Of a DNA stretch of 64,000 nt, positions 1 to 10,732 are shown piece after piece; the first letter of the stretch is position 1, and the number at the start of each line of letters is the position of its first letter. The DNA lies in contig CAVZZA010000001.1 in the NCBI GenBank assembly GCA_963779615.1, positions 645,743-709,742 on the forward strand, read 5' to 3'. The DNA is from an uncultured Nitrososphaeraceae archaeon. Its GTDB lineage: Archaea > Thermoproteota > Nitrososphaeria > Nitrososphaerales > Nitrososphaeraceae. Both the position numbers and the translations under genes were made by a program. The notes beneath the pieces were generated by a model. That model was not told where the DNA came from. It did no database searches and saw only the letters and a list, made by a program, of their open reading frames with translations.

Positions 1-432
1 CAGGCCAGTAGATACCAAGTTCCCCCGTCTGTTGATATGGGTCATGCTTTCAATGAACCTTGACCAATCCTGAGATAAACCTCTCTGCTACAAACATGCT
101 TCTCCTTTTTGAGATTGCCAGTGCGAGAATCTGCTTTTTTTTGGCTTGCCGCCCAAAGATAGCCGGATACACTCGGAACCAACCTTGATCAATGTTTCAT
201 CAACTACAAACCCAAAAACATTTTTTCTTGAGGATATCCTCCCAGGCTTGTGCTTTTGAATCCAGTTCCAAATGAAAACGTGGTTTCGATTGATAAAGCA
301 GGGATAGCCTTTCTGAGGCCCCCCTAATGACAAACCGGAAAAGCACAGATACAAACCATAACCAATACGCAATGAAGGCGCTATGTTGCTCTTATTGCAA
401 ATGCAGGAAATGGGAATCCTCAATCTATGCAA
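1..432 (-). mobile_element. IS6-family transposase remnant (frameshifted, runs off window edge)
   Basis: Fragments in different frames read VFIWNWIQK, VDETLIKVGSE, MFVAERFISGLVKVH and STDGGTWY, typical of archaeal IS6 DDE transposases; internal stops and frameshifts. Confidence 0.8.
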
Positions 433-519
433 TTATCGTTAAGTTGACTGGAAATGTGAGTTAGCATTTGAACTCAATATGAGTTTATTAGTGAACCCAT
501 GTTTATAGTCAAATTTATT

Positions 520-535
520 GCGGGGCCGGTGGGAT
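520..535 (-). repeat. Degenerate copy of tRNA-Lys 3' end (possible att-site remnant)
   Basis: gcggggccggtgggat vs gcgggcccggtgggat at 2264-2279 (15/16 identical, same orientation). Confidence 0.6.
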
Positions 536-886
536 GTGATTCAAAAGTAAACGGAATCCAAAATAAATTTGATAAGATTTGGATATCGTTATTTAGCTAA
601 ATCAACTACCTTTTACTTTGACTATACCTTAGATTTAAATGACCTTACGTGCCATGACTATAAGAAAGTATAGAAAGCCTTCATAGTGTGCAGGTAATAC
701 TATATGTGTATTTCTCTGTCTCTCATGAAGTAGGTCATCAAAGAGATTTTCTTTTTTTATCTATAATCCCTTATCGATATGGGGCCATATGCAAAATATC
801 ATCTTAAACGATATCCACAAAAAGAAATTTAGAGCATACCATAGATAAAACTGTCATTAGTGGGTTTTGAATGCCTCTCCATTATC

Positions 887-2113
887 TCATCCATTCTTTT
901 TACTATCTTGGCTATCTCCGTTATAGTCTATAGGTCTGCCATTAATGTCGATTACAGTATTTGCAAGTATTTTATTATTTTCCTCTGCCCCTTTCTCTAT
1001 GGATATGGCATCACTTAATGAGGAGGAGGAGGGCGATGATGGAGATGAGTTGGTGTTTCCTAATTTAACAATGTTATTATGTATTGTATTATTAGACGAT
1101 TCTTTGTCTAAATCTATTCCCCCACTGCTGTTTGCAACAGTATTGTTATAAATCTCATTGTTGTTAGACTCTGAAATAACTATAGCTTTGTCTTCATTAC
1201 TGACAATGTTATTTCTAGCAACAGAATCATGCATGTTTCGGCTAAACATTATACCCATCTTGGCGTTATTGTAGGCCGTGTTATTTTCTATCGTTATGTT
1301 AAAACAATCAAGGGAACAGATTATGCCAATAGAGCCATTGTCATGCACTGTATTATTGCGGATTGTCATGTCATGAGTACCGGTGTGGGGGTCAAGACCG
1401 TAATGGATATTGTCATGGATATGGTTATTTTCAAGTACCATTCCACCAACGCCCTTTGAGTAGAAAGCAAAGTATAGATTGTGTATATCGTTTCCACTTA
1501 TGGTGCTGCCATGACCGCCTTCGTACCTTAGACCGGTAAGTCCTCCACCATATCCCGATTCATACCCGAGATATGCTATCTCTGAATTAGTTATATCGGT
1601 AGTTCCTGTTGCCTCAGGTTCTACTACTATGTAGGGTCTTGGAGTGCCAATTTCGACATCCTCTCCATCCCTATTTGAGTCAGGACTTAATGTATAATTA
1701 TTTGTTGTAGGATTCCATGAAGTTATCTTTACGGAATCAATCTTTAGGCTTCCAGATATGCGTATGGGATTTGCAGTGACTCCATCTGCGGATATCTTTA
1801 GCCATGAAGTGTCGCTAGAATTGATATATAGGGCAGCATTCTCGGCTACTGTGATTCCAGCATTCAATAACCATTCGCCATTATTCCCTTTTTGAAGTAT
1901 GCTGGGATCTTTGAGTTGATTATTGATATCTGTGAGACTTGCAGAGCCACACGTTATTGTAATTATCTTTTCAGATGAATCATATGTTATGCATGTAGTA
2001 ACAGCAGGGTTATTTGTAGATTGGGCATAAGCCATTAGAGAGGGAGGCAAGGAATATATGATTAGTAAAAATATAATTGCAAATAATGGTAATAATATTC
2101 TGGATATTGTCAT
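887..2113 (-). CDS. Secreted right-handed parallel beta-helix protein (NosD/AlgG-like)
   Basis: N-terminal signal peptide; repeated I.NN..HDN beta-helix units; YGLDPHTGTHDM motif resembling mannuronan epimerase AlgG. Confidence 0.8.
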   Translation of the reverse strand: MTISRILLPLFAIIFLLIIYSLPPSLMAYAQSTNNPAVTTCITYDSSEKIITITCGSASLTDINNQLKDPSILQKGNNGEWLLNAGITVAENAALYINSSDTSWLKISADGVTANPIRISGSLKIDSVKITSWNPTTNNYTLSPDSNRDGEDVEIGTPRPYIVVEPEATGTTDITNSEIAYLGYESGYGGGLTGLRYEGGHGSTISGNDIHNLYFAFYSKGVGGMVLENNHIHDNIHYGLDPHTGTHDMTIRNNTVHDNGSIGIICSLDCFNITIENNTAYNNAKMGIMFSRNMHDSVARNNIVSNEDKAIVISESNNNEIYNNTVANSSGGIDLDKESSNNTIHNNIVKLGNTNSSPSSPSSSSLSDAISIEKGAEENNKILANTVIDINGRPIDYNGDSQDSKKNG

Positions 2114-2264
2114 AATTTTGTACCCTTATCAAATTTTCACATCATTATTGATAAACTTTCTTAAAATTTTACTGTCCGTTTATTATATGGAAGACAAAGG
2201 AATCAACTGTCGTTTATGAACAAATACACTAAAACTTGGGGTAAAAAAGCGTTCATTATAGAAG

Positions 2265-2357
2265 CGGGCCCGGTGGGATTCGAACCCACGACAGCCGGAT
2301 TTCTTTCCATTTCTTTAGTTAAAAGTCCGGTACTCTACCTGGCTGAGCTACGGGCCC
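2265..2357 (-). tRNA. tRNA-Lys(UUU) with 19-nt intron at canonical 37/38 position (intron 2301-2319)
   Basis: Reverse complement GGGCCCGTAGCTCAGCCAGGTAGAGTACCGGACTTTTA[intron]ATCCGGCTGTCGTGGGTTCGAATCCCACCGGGCCCG folds into a cloverleaf. Confidence 0.95.
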
Positions 2358-2974
2358 ATTACCTTTCATTATAAAACTCAGTACAATTTAATTTTATAGA
2401 TCACTGAAAACAAGAAAGTCCGAAAATGCATCAACTATTATTTAAAAACCCCATGAGTTTGTTACAGATGGCAATGTAAAATAACAACACAATAGGAAAA
2501 CATCAACATGTAATAAAAATTATGATACTGGCCAAATATGGCATGATTTTATGATTGGATGACAAAACAACCCCATTTGTAGGTGCGATAATTTCACTTG
2601 TCTGCTTATTTATCTTAAATGATGTGGCATGAATAAAAACTGATGCTTTAAATTTCGCTGCTGTTGCTTTTGACCTAATCTGCAATGACTTCTTCTTCCA
2701 TCATAAGGGATATCCCTGGCTCACATGCGAATTTAAAAAGGGATCAAGGGTGAAGCTTGGGTTGCTCAACATTCAAGTGTGTAAAATGAAAAAGATTTAG
2801 AAGGGTATGTTATGGCAATTTATAACTGTGTTATTGTTGTGACAAAATCAATCTAACTGTAACTGTGACTCTATGGCGAAACAATCTCTCTTTCGTTATT
2901 CTTGTTGTTTTAAAACAAGTTGGTTTTTCAATTTATGCAATATTGACCATTCCAAAAATAAATGATGGCATGCC

Positions 2975-3472
2975 TTATTTGTGCCCGGCGCGATTGAACA
3001 AAAGCTCACCAAGTTTCCATTTTACAGAAACCCTGTTATCAAAACCCTTTATCTTACTTAACAGTATCAAATCTGGGCCGTAGTTGATTTGCATTTTATT
3101 ATGCAGTTCATCACTGACCTTAATCAGTTCCTCCCTAAAGAACACAGTTGAGCCATGATTGTCAATGTTTAAAATGAACACAATATGGCTTTTGTATTTG
3201 TCGCTTATGGAAAATTGCGCCTTGTCGCATAGCATTTTTTTCAAGGCGTCATTTTTTGGATGAAGGGCATCAATTGCCCTCATCAGTGGTTCCAGATGGG
3301 GTATCATGTTTCTTATGAAACCCTTAAGTTTTATGGCCTCATCGGAATAAATCCCTAAAGATCTGTCATCCCACTTGAAAAAATAATTTCCAAATGTGGT
3401 TTCGGGTTTAACCAAAGGGTTAATATTCCCACCGCATAAAAAATCCAGGATAAAATTGGATGACTCAACCAT
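2975..3472 (-). CDS. Hypothetical protein
   Basis: 165-aa ORF co-oriented with the upstream helicase, plausible composition. Confidence 0.6.
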   Translation of the reverse strand: MVESSNFILDFLCGGNINPLVKPETTFGNYFFKWDDRSLGIYSDEAIKLKGFIRNMIPHLEPLMRAIDALHPKNDALKKMLCDKAQFSISDKYKSHIVFILNIDNHGSTVFFREELIKVSDELHNKMQINYGPDLILLSKIKGFDNRVSVKWKLGELLFNRAGHK

Positions 3473-3559
3473 TTCGATACAACAATATTATTATCTTTTA
3501 CAACTTTTTATGATATGGGCATGCGTTAAAGAGTGTTTTGCCGTCCCCCGCCAAATTTC

Positions 3560-5278
3560 TTATCTTGAAACTATAGCTTCGGAAAACCATTTTGGTATCA
3601 TGTCTTTCCCGTTTCTCAATAAGTAGGAAATGTTGCTATCCAAAATGTAGGTATTTGCATAATCCTCTGAGTTTCGGACGCTTCGGCCATATGCTTGAAT
3701 TAGCCGCAATATGGTGTTCCATTCATACCATTTTGGGTTTCGCTGTTTGAGCACAGAAATTTTTTTATCGGTTAAATCTGGATAGGGAACTTTTACAATG
3801 ATCTGAAACCTTGAAAGATCATCCTTCAGGTCTACACCCAAATACATAGAAGGCGAAATTAGAACCGTTGGTTTTGCGCTCTGAAAGTGTTTTAAAATCA
3901 TCTCGTTTCTGTCTATTTTTGGATTTGTCTCTATCAGCCTAGAGGAGTTGTCTTTCGACATGTTATTTTTGATGAATTGCAATTGAGAGTATGAGGTTGT
4001 GTGGATTATGCCCTTGTCATTTTTATGAACTGTAAGGAGATTGTCGATAACCTTTGCTAAAAGCGGCAATGACTCGTTCATGGTTCGGGCATTTAACCAT
4101 GCAACATTCATCAGGTATATTGGCCTATGCTCAACCGGGAATTCGGATTCTTCAATCCTTATAAACTTGACTTGATCATCCTTCAGCCCAACTGCTTTAC
4201 AAAGGTTATCTTTGCTTAATATGGTGGCACTCATTAGCAAAGACAACGAGCCTTTGTCAAAAATATCGGTGAAGTATTTTGATACATCTAATGGCTCCAT
4301 TTTAATCCTGCTTATTTTGTTGTCTTTGTCGTTTTTGATTAGATTGGTGACAAGCCAGTTATCCTTGTTGGAATTCAAGTCCTCTAAAAACACGGACAAA
4401 TTCTTTTCGTATGCTATTGCATCAATTAAGTTTTTTTCATTGACATCGATTTCTGTTTTGTTCTTATCATTTGGTATCGATATTTCTGCTTTGTCTACAT
4501 ATTTGGAGAAACTTTCCTTAAGGTGTTTACAAAAATCGATATATGTATCCACATCAAGTGGCTTATTTTCAGGCAGGTTTAATTTTGGGAAAAATCTGTT
4601 GATGTATTCTTTATTTATGATAAAGTTTTTAAAAGCGGATACTTCGGATTCTAAAGTGTGTGCCTCGTCTAAAATCAAAAGTTTTCTTTTATTTACGCCT
4701 GAAGAATAGAATAAATCGGAGAAAAAATATTTGTAGTTATAAATGGTGTGGCTGGATTTTATTGAGATCCATTTTTGGTGAAAATACACGCATGGTTTCC
4801 AGTCTATCCGTACAAGTTGGGAGTGTTGCCTTGCCTTGTCATGGTATTTTTTCAAGGCGTATTTGTTTATGTCGATACTCTCATAGATGGTTCCTTCGGC
4901 CCTTACTTCATAATCGCTTAACCTGGTTTTGTATAGACAATCATAGTCATCATCCTTAAGGCACGGGCCGTAATCACAACTCTCGTTAATCCCCATATCC
5001 TCTTTGACAATACAGGGAAAGTTGTTTCGTCCTTTTACCTCATATAAATATGAAAAATCTCTGGAGTATTGGGTTTGTAAATCTTTTGTGGAGGTACAAA
5101 GATGGGAGCTGCCAAGAAACCTGGAAAGAGCTACAGCAACCGCGCTTTTTCCAAATCCAGTGGGAGCTTCTAAAAACAGAAATTTGTATCCTGACTTTAA
5201 CGACTGATCAATGTCATCAAGGACTTTTTTTTGATTGGGACGAATATTGTCAAATGGGAAAAAACTATTCAGAGACAT
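3560..5278 (-). CDS. XPD/Rad3/DinG-family ATP-dependent DNA helicase
   Basis: Q motif (RPNQ), EAPTGFGKS, DEAH, Cys residues of the Fe-S domain, QAYGRSVR. Confidence 0.92.
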   Translation of the reverse strand: MSLNSFFPFDNIRPNQKKVLDDIDQSLKSGYKFLFLEAPTGFGKSAVAVALSRFLGSSHLCTSTKDLQTQYSRDFSYLYEVKGRNNFPCIVKEDMGINESCDYGPCLKDDDYDCLYKTRLSDYEVRAEGTIYESIDINKYALKKYHDKARQHSQLVRIDWKPCVYFHQKWISIKSSHTIYNYKYFFSDLFYSSGVNKRKLLILDEAHTLESEVSAFKNFIINKEYINRFFPKLNLPENKPLDVDTYIDFCKHLKESFSKYVDKAEISIPNDKNKTEIDVNEKNLIDAIAYEKNLSVFLEDLNSNKDNWLVTNLIKNDKDNKISRIKMEPLDVSKYFTDIFDKGSLSLLMSATILSKDNLCKAVGLKDDQVKFIRIEESEFPVEHRPIYLMNVAWLNARTMNESLPLLAKVIDNLLTVHKNDKGIIHTTSYSQLQFIKNNMSKDNSSRLIETNPKIDRNEMILKHFQSAKPTVLISPSMYLGVDLKDDLSRFQIIVKVPYPDLTDKKISVLKQRNPKWYEWNTILRLIQAYGRSVRNSEDYANTYILDSNISYLLRNGKDMIPKWFSEAIVSR

Positions 5279-5395
5279 TGGAAAGAATAAACATTAAAGA
5301 CAAACGGAATATTAAAGTATAACCGAAGATTTTTATTATTTTTGTTCTGTTTCATTATTTTTAATCATGAATTGCATTAAAATTGGAAGATTATA

Positions 5396-6388
5396 TTAAT
5401 CCATATGGCCTGATCCCATAATTCTCATAGTTTTGGAATCGGGGCTAAATACTATACACAGGTCATTCTTGATGTATGCTATTGGTTTTTCCAATGCGAT
5501 ACTAATCTTGGAGCCTCCAATTTCTTTTAATCTTACGGTGCGGATCTGTAAACCTACACTTATCATATAGTTTTGGGTTTCAACAATGCCCTCCTTAAAA
5601 TAAGGATTTTTTTTAAATTCAATTTGAAAACTATCGCTGATAATTTTGGATAGGCCAGGCGATGTGATGATGTCTCCTCTAGAAACATCCTTAGCTGAAA
5701 CGCCTTTAATGGCCAGTCCTACACGAGATGACTTTATTGAGTGGTCTACAGGATCATCATGCATCTGGATGGATTTTATAACTATGGGTTTATTCAAAGG
5801 ATTTATCTCCAACTCATCATATGTTTTGATTTCTCCTTGTTTAATGCAACCTAAAACGACAGTGCCAACGCCCTTAACGTCAAAAACATGGTCTATCGGG
5901 ATATAAACAGAATTATTGGCAGCTGCAACTGTGGTTTGTTGTTCGTTTTCTTTGTCTTCGGATGGCTTTAATTCGGACAGACGGGTTTTAAGCTGTTCTA
6001 CATCATCCAAAATCTGGAAAGACGATAGACTTGTCTTTTTTATTATGTTTTTAACCTTTTCTATGTCAATTTCATAACCGTATAAGATGAACCCTTTTTT
6101 TATGTTGAAAATGTCCAGTGCAAGTATTTGCTCTCCCAAAAAAGAGTCGAGGTGGGAAATGTTTAAAATGGCATAATCTGACACAGCAATTGATTGAAGA
6201 AGAGGCTGCAGTTTGTCAGGATAAGTGTTGGGAAAGCAATAAGAAAAGATTTGATCATTGGTCTTCCTGTCATGGATGGTTATGTCAGTTGATGTCCCCT
6301 TTTTGCCCAAATTGCTTGCAATGGATGCATCCCCCAATATTACAAAATTCAAACTATTCAAAATTTTGAAAAAGATAGTCACCATCAA
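5396..6388 (-). CDS. SelB-like / EF-Tu domain protein with degenerate G domain
   Basis: IDHVFDVKGVGTVVLG and IKSIQMHD EF-Tu domain II signatures; N-terminus GKKGTSTDITI lacks a canonical P-loop. Confidence 0.85.
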   Translation of the reverse strand: MMVTIFFKILNSLNFVILGDASIASNLGKKGTSTDITIHDRKTNDQIFSYCFPNTYPDKLQPLLQSIAVSDYAILNISHLDSFLGEQILALDIFNIKKGFILYGYEIDIEKVKNIIKKTSLSSFQILDDVEQLKTRLSELKPSEDKENEQQTTVAAANNSVYIPIDHVFDVKGVGTVVLGCIKQGEIKTYDELEINPLNKPIVIKSIQMHDDPVDHSIKSSRVGLAIKGVSAKDVSRGDIITSPGLSKIISDSFQIEFKKNPYFKEGIVETQNYMISVGLQIRTVRLKEIGGSKISIALEKPIAYIKNDLCIVFSPDSKTMRIMGSGHMD

Positions 6389-6608
6389 ATAAAACCTTTA
6401 CTTTTGGCATCTGCAAAACATGTCAAGTACCCGTCTAAAAAATACTTTGGTCTGGAAGGAATAGGTTATTTCATGTGAAAAAGACATGCTTTATGCCTGG
6501 AATTATCAAGCCTAAAAAGGCTTAAAGAATAATGAATGGTAAGCTTTTTAATGCATTGCTATTTATAGGGTATAAACAAAACAAGTGTACCTGAGCTGAA
6601 AAAATTAA

Positions 6609-8051
6609 TTGAGTACTTTTGAAGAACTTGGTATTGAAAAGTTTATAGTTAAAGCATTAAAGGAAAACGGGATTGAACAACCGTTTCCGATACAAGAGTC
6701 AATAATTCCTCTTATTTTGAAAGGGGAAGACGTTATTGGTAGATCAAATACAGGAACTGGTAAAACAGCAGCTTTTGTGGCGCCGCTTTTAAGTAAAATT
6801 AATCCTCAAAATCATTTACAAGGATTGATTTTGGCCCCAACAAGAGAATTGGCTATACAAATTACCGATACGATCAACCAATTTGTTAAATATAGTTCTA
6901 TAAGGGCCACCTCCATTTATGGTGGTCAAAATTTTCAAGTCCAAAAGAAAATACTGAGCAGAGGAGTCAACATTGTGGTTGCAACTCCAGGAAGACTATT
7001 AGATCATATAAGTCATGGAACGATTTCGCTAAATAAAATTAATTTCGTTGTTCTGGATGAAGCAGATAGAATGTTGGATATGGGTTTTATAGAGGATATC
7101 AAAGATATTCTTTCCTATATCAGTAATGATAAGCAAATTTGCCTTTTTTCCGCAACTATGCCTGATTCCATAATACAGTTAGCCAAAGAATACATGAAGA
7201 ATCCAAAACAAATCAACATTGAAAAGACTATCTCCCAGACAAACATCAATCAGTCATATTTACTTCTTTATGATAAAGATAAATACAAACAACTGGTTAA
7301 TACTTTAAAACCCATTTCACAAAACAAAGATACCCATGTTATTGTTTTTGCGGCAACAAAGCAGCGAACAAGGGATCTTGCATTCAAGTTAAGAAATGAA
7401 AACTTTTTTGTAGATAGCATTCATGGAGATTTAAATCAAAGACAACGAGAAAATACGCTAGCGAGGTTTAGAAATAAAAAATTCAACATATTGATAGCAA
7501 CGGACGTTGCCTCAAGGGGATTGGATATAACGACTGTTAGTCATATCATTAACTATGACCTGCCAGATGATGTTGAAACATATTTCCATAGGATAGGCAG
7601 AACTGCAAGAGCGGGCGCCCAAGGCACATCTCTTTCATTCGTATCTCAAAATGATATGTTTACATTAAGAAAAATCCAAAACATCACACAAAATTCACTG
7701 AAAAACCTTAATACAGAACTTGGAATAGAGGTCGACTTTAAAGATAGCATTGGTAGCGGTCCAAGAAATAATCGTTATAGATCAAGCTACCAAAAAAGAG
7801 ATTACGGCCGAAATAGGTTTTCAGGAGGCGGAGGATACAGATCAAGAGGCAGTGACAGCAGATACGGCGGCGGCGGCAGTGACAGCAGATACGGCGGCGG
7901 CGGCAGTGACAGCAGATACGGCGGCGGCGGCAGTGACAGCAGATACGGCGGCGGCGGCAGTGACAGCAGGTATAATTCAAGATTAAACGGGATAACCAAA
8001 CCACTGGGCAGAAGAAATAGCTACAACAAGGAATTTAGTGAGGATTATTAA
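6609..8051 (+). CDS. DEAD-box RNA helicase (CshA/DeaD-like) with Gly/Arg/Ser-rich tail
   Basis: TGTGKT, PTRELA, TPGR, DEAD, SAT and HRIGRTAR motifs. Confidence 0.95.
   Translation: MSTFEELGIEKFIVKALKENGIEQPFPIQESIIPLILKGEDVIGRSNTGTGKTAAFVAPLLSKINPQNHLQGLILAPTRELAIQITDTINQFVKYSSIRATSIYGGQNFQVQKKILSRGVNIVVATPGRLLDHISHGTISLNKINFVVLDEADRMLDMGFIEDIKDILSYISNDKQICLFSATMPDSIIQLAKEYMKNPKQINIEKTISQTNINQSYLLLYDKDKYKQLVNTLKPISQNKDTHVIVFAATKQRTRDLAFKLRNENFFVDSIHGDLNQRQRENTLARFRNKKFNILIATDVASRGLDITTVSHIINYDLPDDVETYFHRIGRTARAGAQGTSLSFVSQNDMFTLRKIQNITQNSLKNLNTELGIEVDFKDSIGSGPRNNRYRSSYQKRDYGRNRFSGGGGYRSRGSDSRYGGGGSDSRYGGGGSDSRYGGGGSDSRYGGGGSDSRYNSRLNGITKPLGRRNSYNKEFSEDY
7848..7969 (+). repeat. 27-bp tandem repeat x4.5 encoding GSDSRYGGG
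   Basis: ggcagtgacagcagatacggcggcggc perfectly repeated. Confidence 0.95.
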
Positions 8052-8375
8052 AAAAAGGTCTCTATAACAACATAAACAAAAAACAAAACACAACGACAAA
8101 TTTCTATTTTTTTAATAATTTGCTTTATTTTAATTTAATTATGCAGTCAATTTATTTGACTATGCTCAAACAAAATACCTATAAAATCAACAATGATGAA
8201 AAACCATCTGTTTGGATGATCATAACCATTCACTGGTAATATGGTGTATTGGTGTTTAACCTGCGAATAAGTAGGCAACATCCAACTTAGATTATTTAAA
8301 ACTGGTAGTCATCTGTTACAGGTGTAATAAAAAGTTTAAAAAAAGTATTAAAATTAGTGGATTTTAAAAAAGAGA

Positions 8376-8987
8376 TTAAGCGTGTTCGTGTTCTTCTTCT
8401 CCCTCAGGTAGTGGGGCTATTTTATCAACTCCAATAACAACAGTGCTGGTTGGTGGAAAGGTTATGTCGTTTGTAGAGTTGTTCTGTATTGCTATATCAG
8501 TAATAGTATTTGTGGAATTGGACATTAAATCAACGTGATACAAGCATTGATTACCTGGAGTTGAGAGTTCAGATATCAGCTCTGGGTCAGCTACGCTAAA
8601 ATCAGGGGCTTGTCCTATCAAAATGTTGGCGTTGGCTACACTATCAGAATTGCAGGGTAACTTTGCAGCAACATGGCCAGTCACTATTTTATACGGTGTT
8701 GTATCATATAGATGAATGAAATCGCCTTTCGGCAATTGATGACCTTCTAACAATACAGTTGCAGAGTCTCTCACAACCTGACCATCGGTTGAATTTTGAG
8801 CATCAAGGTGTGATGTTGTGTTTTCGCCCATCGGTGTAGTAGTGTTTGAACTGCTGGCATCCTGTAGTGGGGATGCTGCTGCTGTTGAAGACTGTTGTGC
8901 GTAAATGCTTCCATTTATTGTGAATACACTGGAAACGAGTACAAAAGCTATAAAAATTGAAAACTTTACACTAGTGGATTTTTCCAT
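8376..8987 (-). CDS. Secreted hypothetical protein, possibly metal binding
   Basis: Signal peptide from MEKSTS; HLYDTTPY, GHVAAKLPC and CLYH motifs; EEEHEHA tail. Confidence 0.75.
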   Translation of the reverse strand: MEKSTSVKFSIFIAFVLVSSVFTINGSIYAQQSSTAAASPLQDASSSNTTTPMGENTTSHLDAQNSTDGQVVRDSATVLLEGHQLPKGDFIHLYDTTPYKIVTGHVAAKLPCNSDSVANANILIGQAPDFSVADPELISELSTPGNQCLYHVDLMSNSTNTITDIAIQNNSTNDITFPPTSTVVIGVDKIAPLPEGEEEHEHA

Positions 8988-9032
8988 TTCAATATACAAT
9001 GAAAATCTGGGGTTATGTAGTTTTTTGTACAA

Positions 9033-9725
9033 CTATCGAACTCCGTATTTCTGTACTTTATTTTTTCTATGGTTTTTGAAAACAACAATAGAAATCAATA
9101 CGGCAACCGGAACGTATACGTAATAATAATTTATGAAAAGAGTTTTCAGAATGTTGTAAAATTGCTCGGTTGCAGGAACATCCACATTGAGCTCGAATAT
9201 GAAATTAAGAAGGGATTGTGTATAGTAAATGTCCTTTAGCTTCACAAATAAGAGATACTTTCCTTGATCTGGAAAAATGGATTTGAAGTTATAGTGGCCA
9301 TTTCGGACCATGGCAAGACTTTGTGAAGGATTGTTGTTATTTTTGCCATCCTTTGCAAGAGATAGGTACACTGGGAGCTCCATTATTTCTTCACCAGTAG
9401 TTGAGGTAACACGTAAAAGAATGTCGGTAGTTTTGTTTAGCACTATTTTTGAAGGGTTTGTGGATAACTCCACTTTAAAATTCCCATTTGTTTGAGTTTG
9501 AATGCCACTCCCATTATTGCTGCCAAACAAGGAATGCCCATAAACATAAACAGAATTATGGTTGACAGACAAACATACAACAACAATGACAATAAAAAAT
9601 AATAAAAAAAGGAATGTTGAGCTCCATTTCAGAGAGCGTGATTCAACATTGCTTAATTTTGTTTTGGAGTTAAAAATTAGTGAATTCTTTAAGGTATTCT
9701 TTACATCAAAACAGGAATACAACAC
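9033..9725 (-). CDS. Membrane-anchored extracellular Ig-like (YtkA/FixH-like) protein
   Basis: N-terminal hydrophobic segment followed by GHS; beta-rich domain (GHYNF..FPDQGKY); C-terminal TM helix plus basic tail. Confidence 0.65.
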   Translation of the reverse strand: MLYSCFDVKNTLKNSLIFNSKTKLSNVESRSLKWSSTFLFLLFFIVIVVVCLSVNHNSVYVYGHSLFGSNNGSGIQTQTNGNFKVELSTNPSKIVLNKTTDILLRVTSTTGEEIMELPVYLSLAKDGKNNNNPSQSLAMVRNGHYNFKSIFPDQGKYLLFVKLKDIYYTQSLLNFIFELNVDVPATEQFYNILKTLFINYYYVYVPVAVLISIVVFKNHRKNKVQKYGVR

Positions 9726-9764
9726 ATTGAATAACCAAAATGATTAATATAAACTCATTAAAAG

Positions 9765-10574
9765 TTATTTTAAATTGAATAATTTCATGAGGCTCGGGTG
9801 GATGTTCATATGCAACAATACCATGATTTTGTTATAGTTTTCGGTATTTTTTATGTAGTTTTCATAAATATCAAGACTTTTTTGCAGCTCTATAAAAAGA
9901 TTTACCTTTGTGGCGTCATTTTGAAACTGGTTTACATCCATCTGATTCCATAGCTGATTGGATTTGTTTGCGACTCCAATAGCGTTTTGATAATAAACAT
10001 AATTTTTTACAGATACGACGTTTCCGTTTGAATCCTTGTTAATTCCAAGTTCATAAAACCTCAATGACGAGTCAAGAAGATTTTTTATTGTCAAAGCGTC
10101 AACGGTGTTGTTATTGTCTATTTGATTGTCAATAAATAACTTTTTACAGTTATCCAATAAAGAATCAATGTTATCTGTTTCTGCCTTGATTTCATCAACA
10201 GAGACAGAATCTTTGCTCTTATCATTACTGCCTGAAACTAGTTTATTCAGACTATTAAAAGATTTTGTCAAATCGCCATTATCACGGGACTCTTCAGGAT
10301 AAAGCTGGTTTGCAATACGGGATATGTAACCTTGGTTTAGAACATTATCAACGTGAAGTTTGGATAAGGTAAAGTTGGAGTCAGCATTGATTTTTATTAA
10401 ATTTAGTTCCGCCTTGTATTCTTCCATAGTGCCCAATAGTGAAGCAGTACCGTCATCAGAAAATGTATGAGCGCAAACTATGTTGTTTAGTTGAGAAGTG
10501 ATGTAAACAACAGTGGGAATAAACACAATAATGAAAAACAGAACTATGATTTCTTTTTTTTTGGTCATGTTCAC
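9765..10574 (-). CDS. Secreted helical-bundle hypothetical protein
   Basis: Signal peptide ending A-HTF; YQNA and IMVLLHMNIHPSL motifs shared with the relic at 39.5-40.1 kb. Confidence 0.75.
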   Translation of the reverse strand: MNMTKKKEIIVLFFIIVFIPTVVYITSQLNNIVCAHTFSDDGTASLLGTMEEYKAELNLIKINADSNFTLSKLHVDNVLNQGYISRIANQLYPEESRDNGDLTKSFNSLNKLVSGSNDKSKDSVSVDEIKAETDNIDSLLDNCKKLFIDNQIDNNNTVDALTIKNLLDSSLRFYELGINKDSNGNVVSVKNYVYYQNAIGVANKSNQLWNQMDVNQFQNDATKVNLFIELQKSLDIYENYIKNTENYNKIMVLLHMNIHPSLMKLFNLK

Positions 10575-10732
10575 AGTCTTTATTGGGGTATAAATTATTT
10601 TAATATTCTAGGACAACCATAAAAATAGAGTTAAAGGTGTAGATTCAAGAGAAATAGGGATAAAGCATTTTTTCCTAACAACGTCATAAAAAAAGAATAA
10701 TACCTCCGATATTAGTTTGATAGGTTACACAA

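Noticed and set aside
7738-8004. Cys/Arg-rich and other alternative-frame ORFs over the helicase repeat (likewise 13605-13862)
   Set aside because: Shadow ORFs created by stop-free tandem repeats
10608-10621. ctaggacaaccata as a DtxR box upstream of the 9765-10574 gene
   Set aside because: Three mismatches to the 10 consensus positions; too weak without a PWM score
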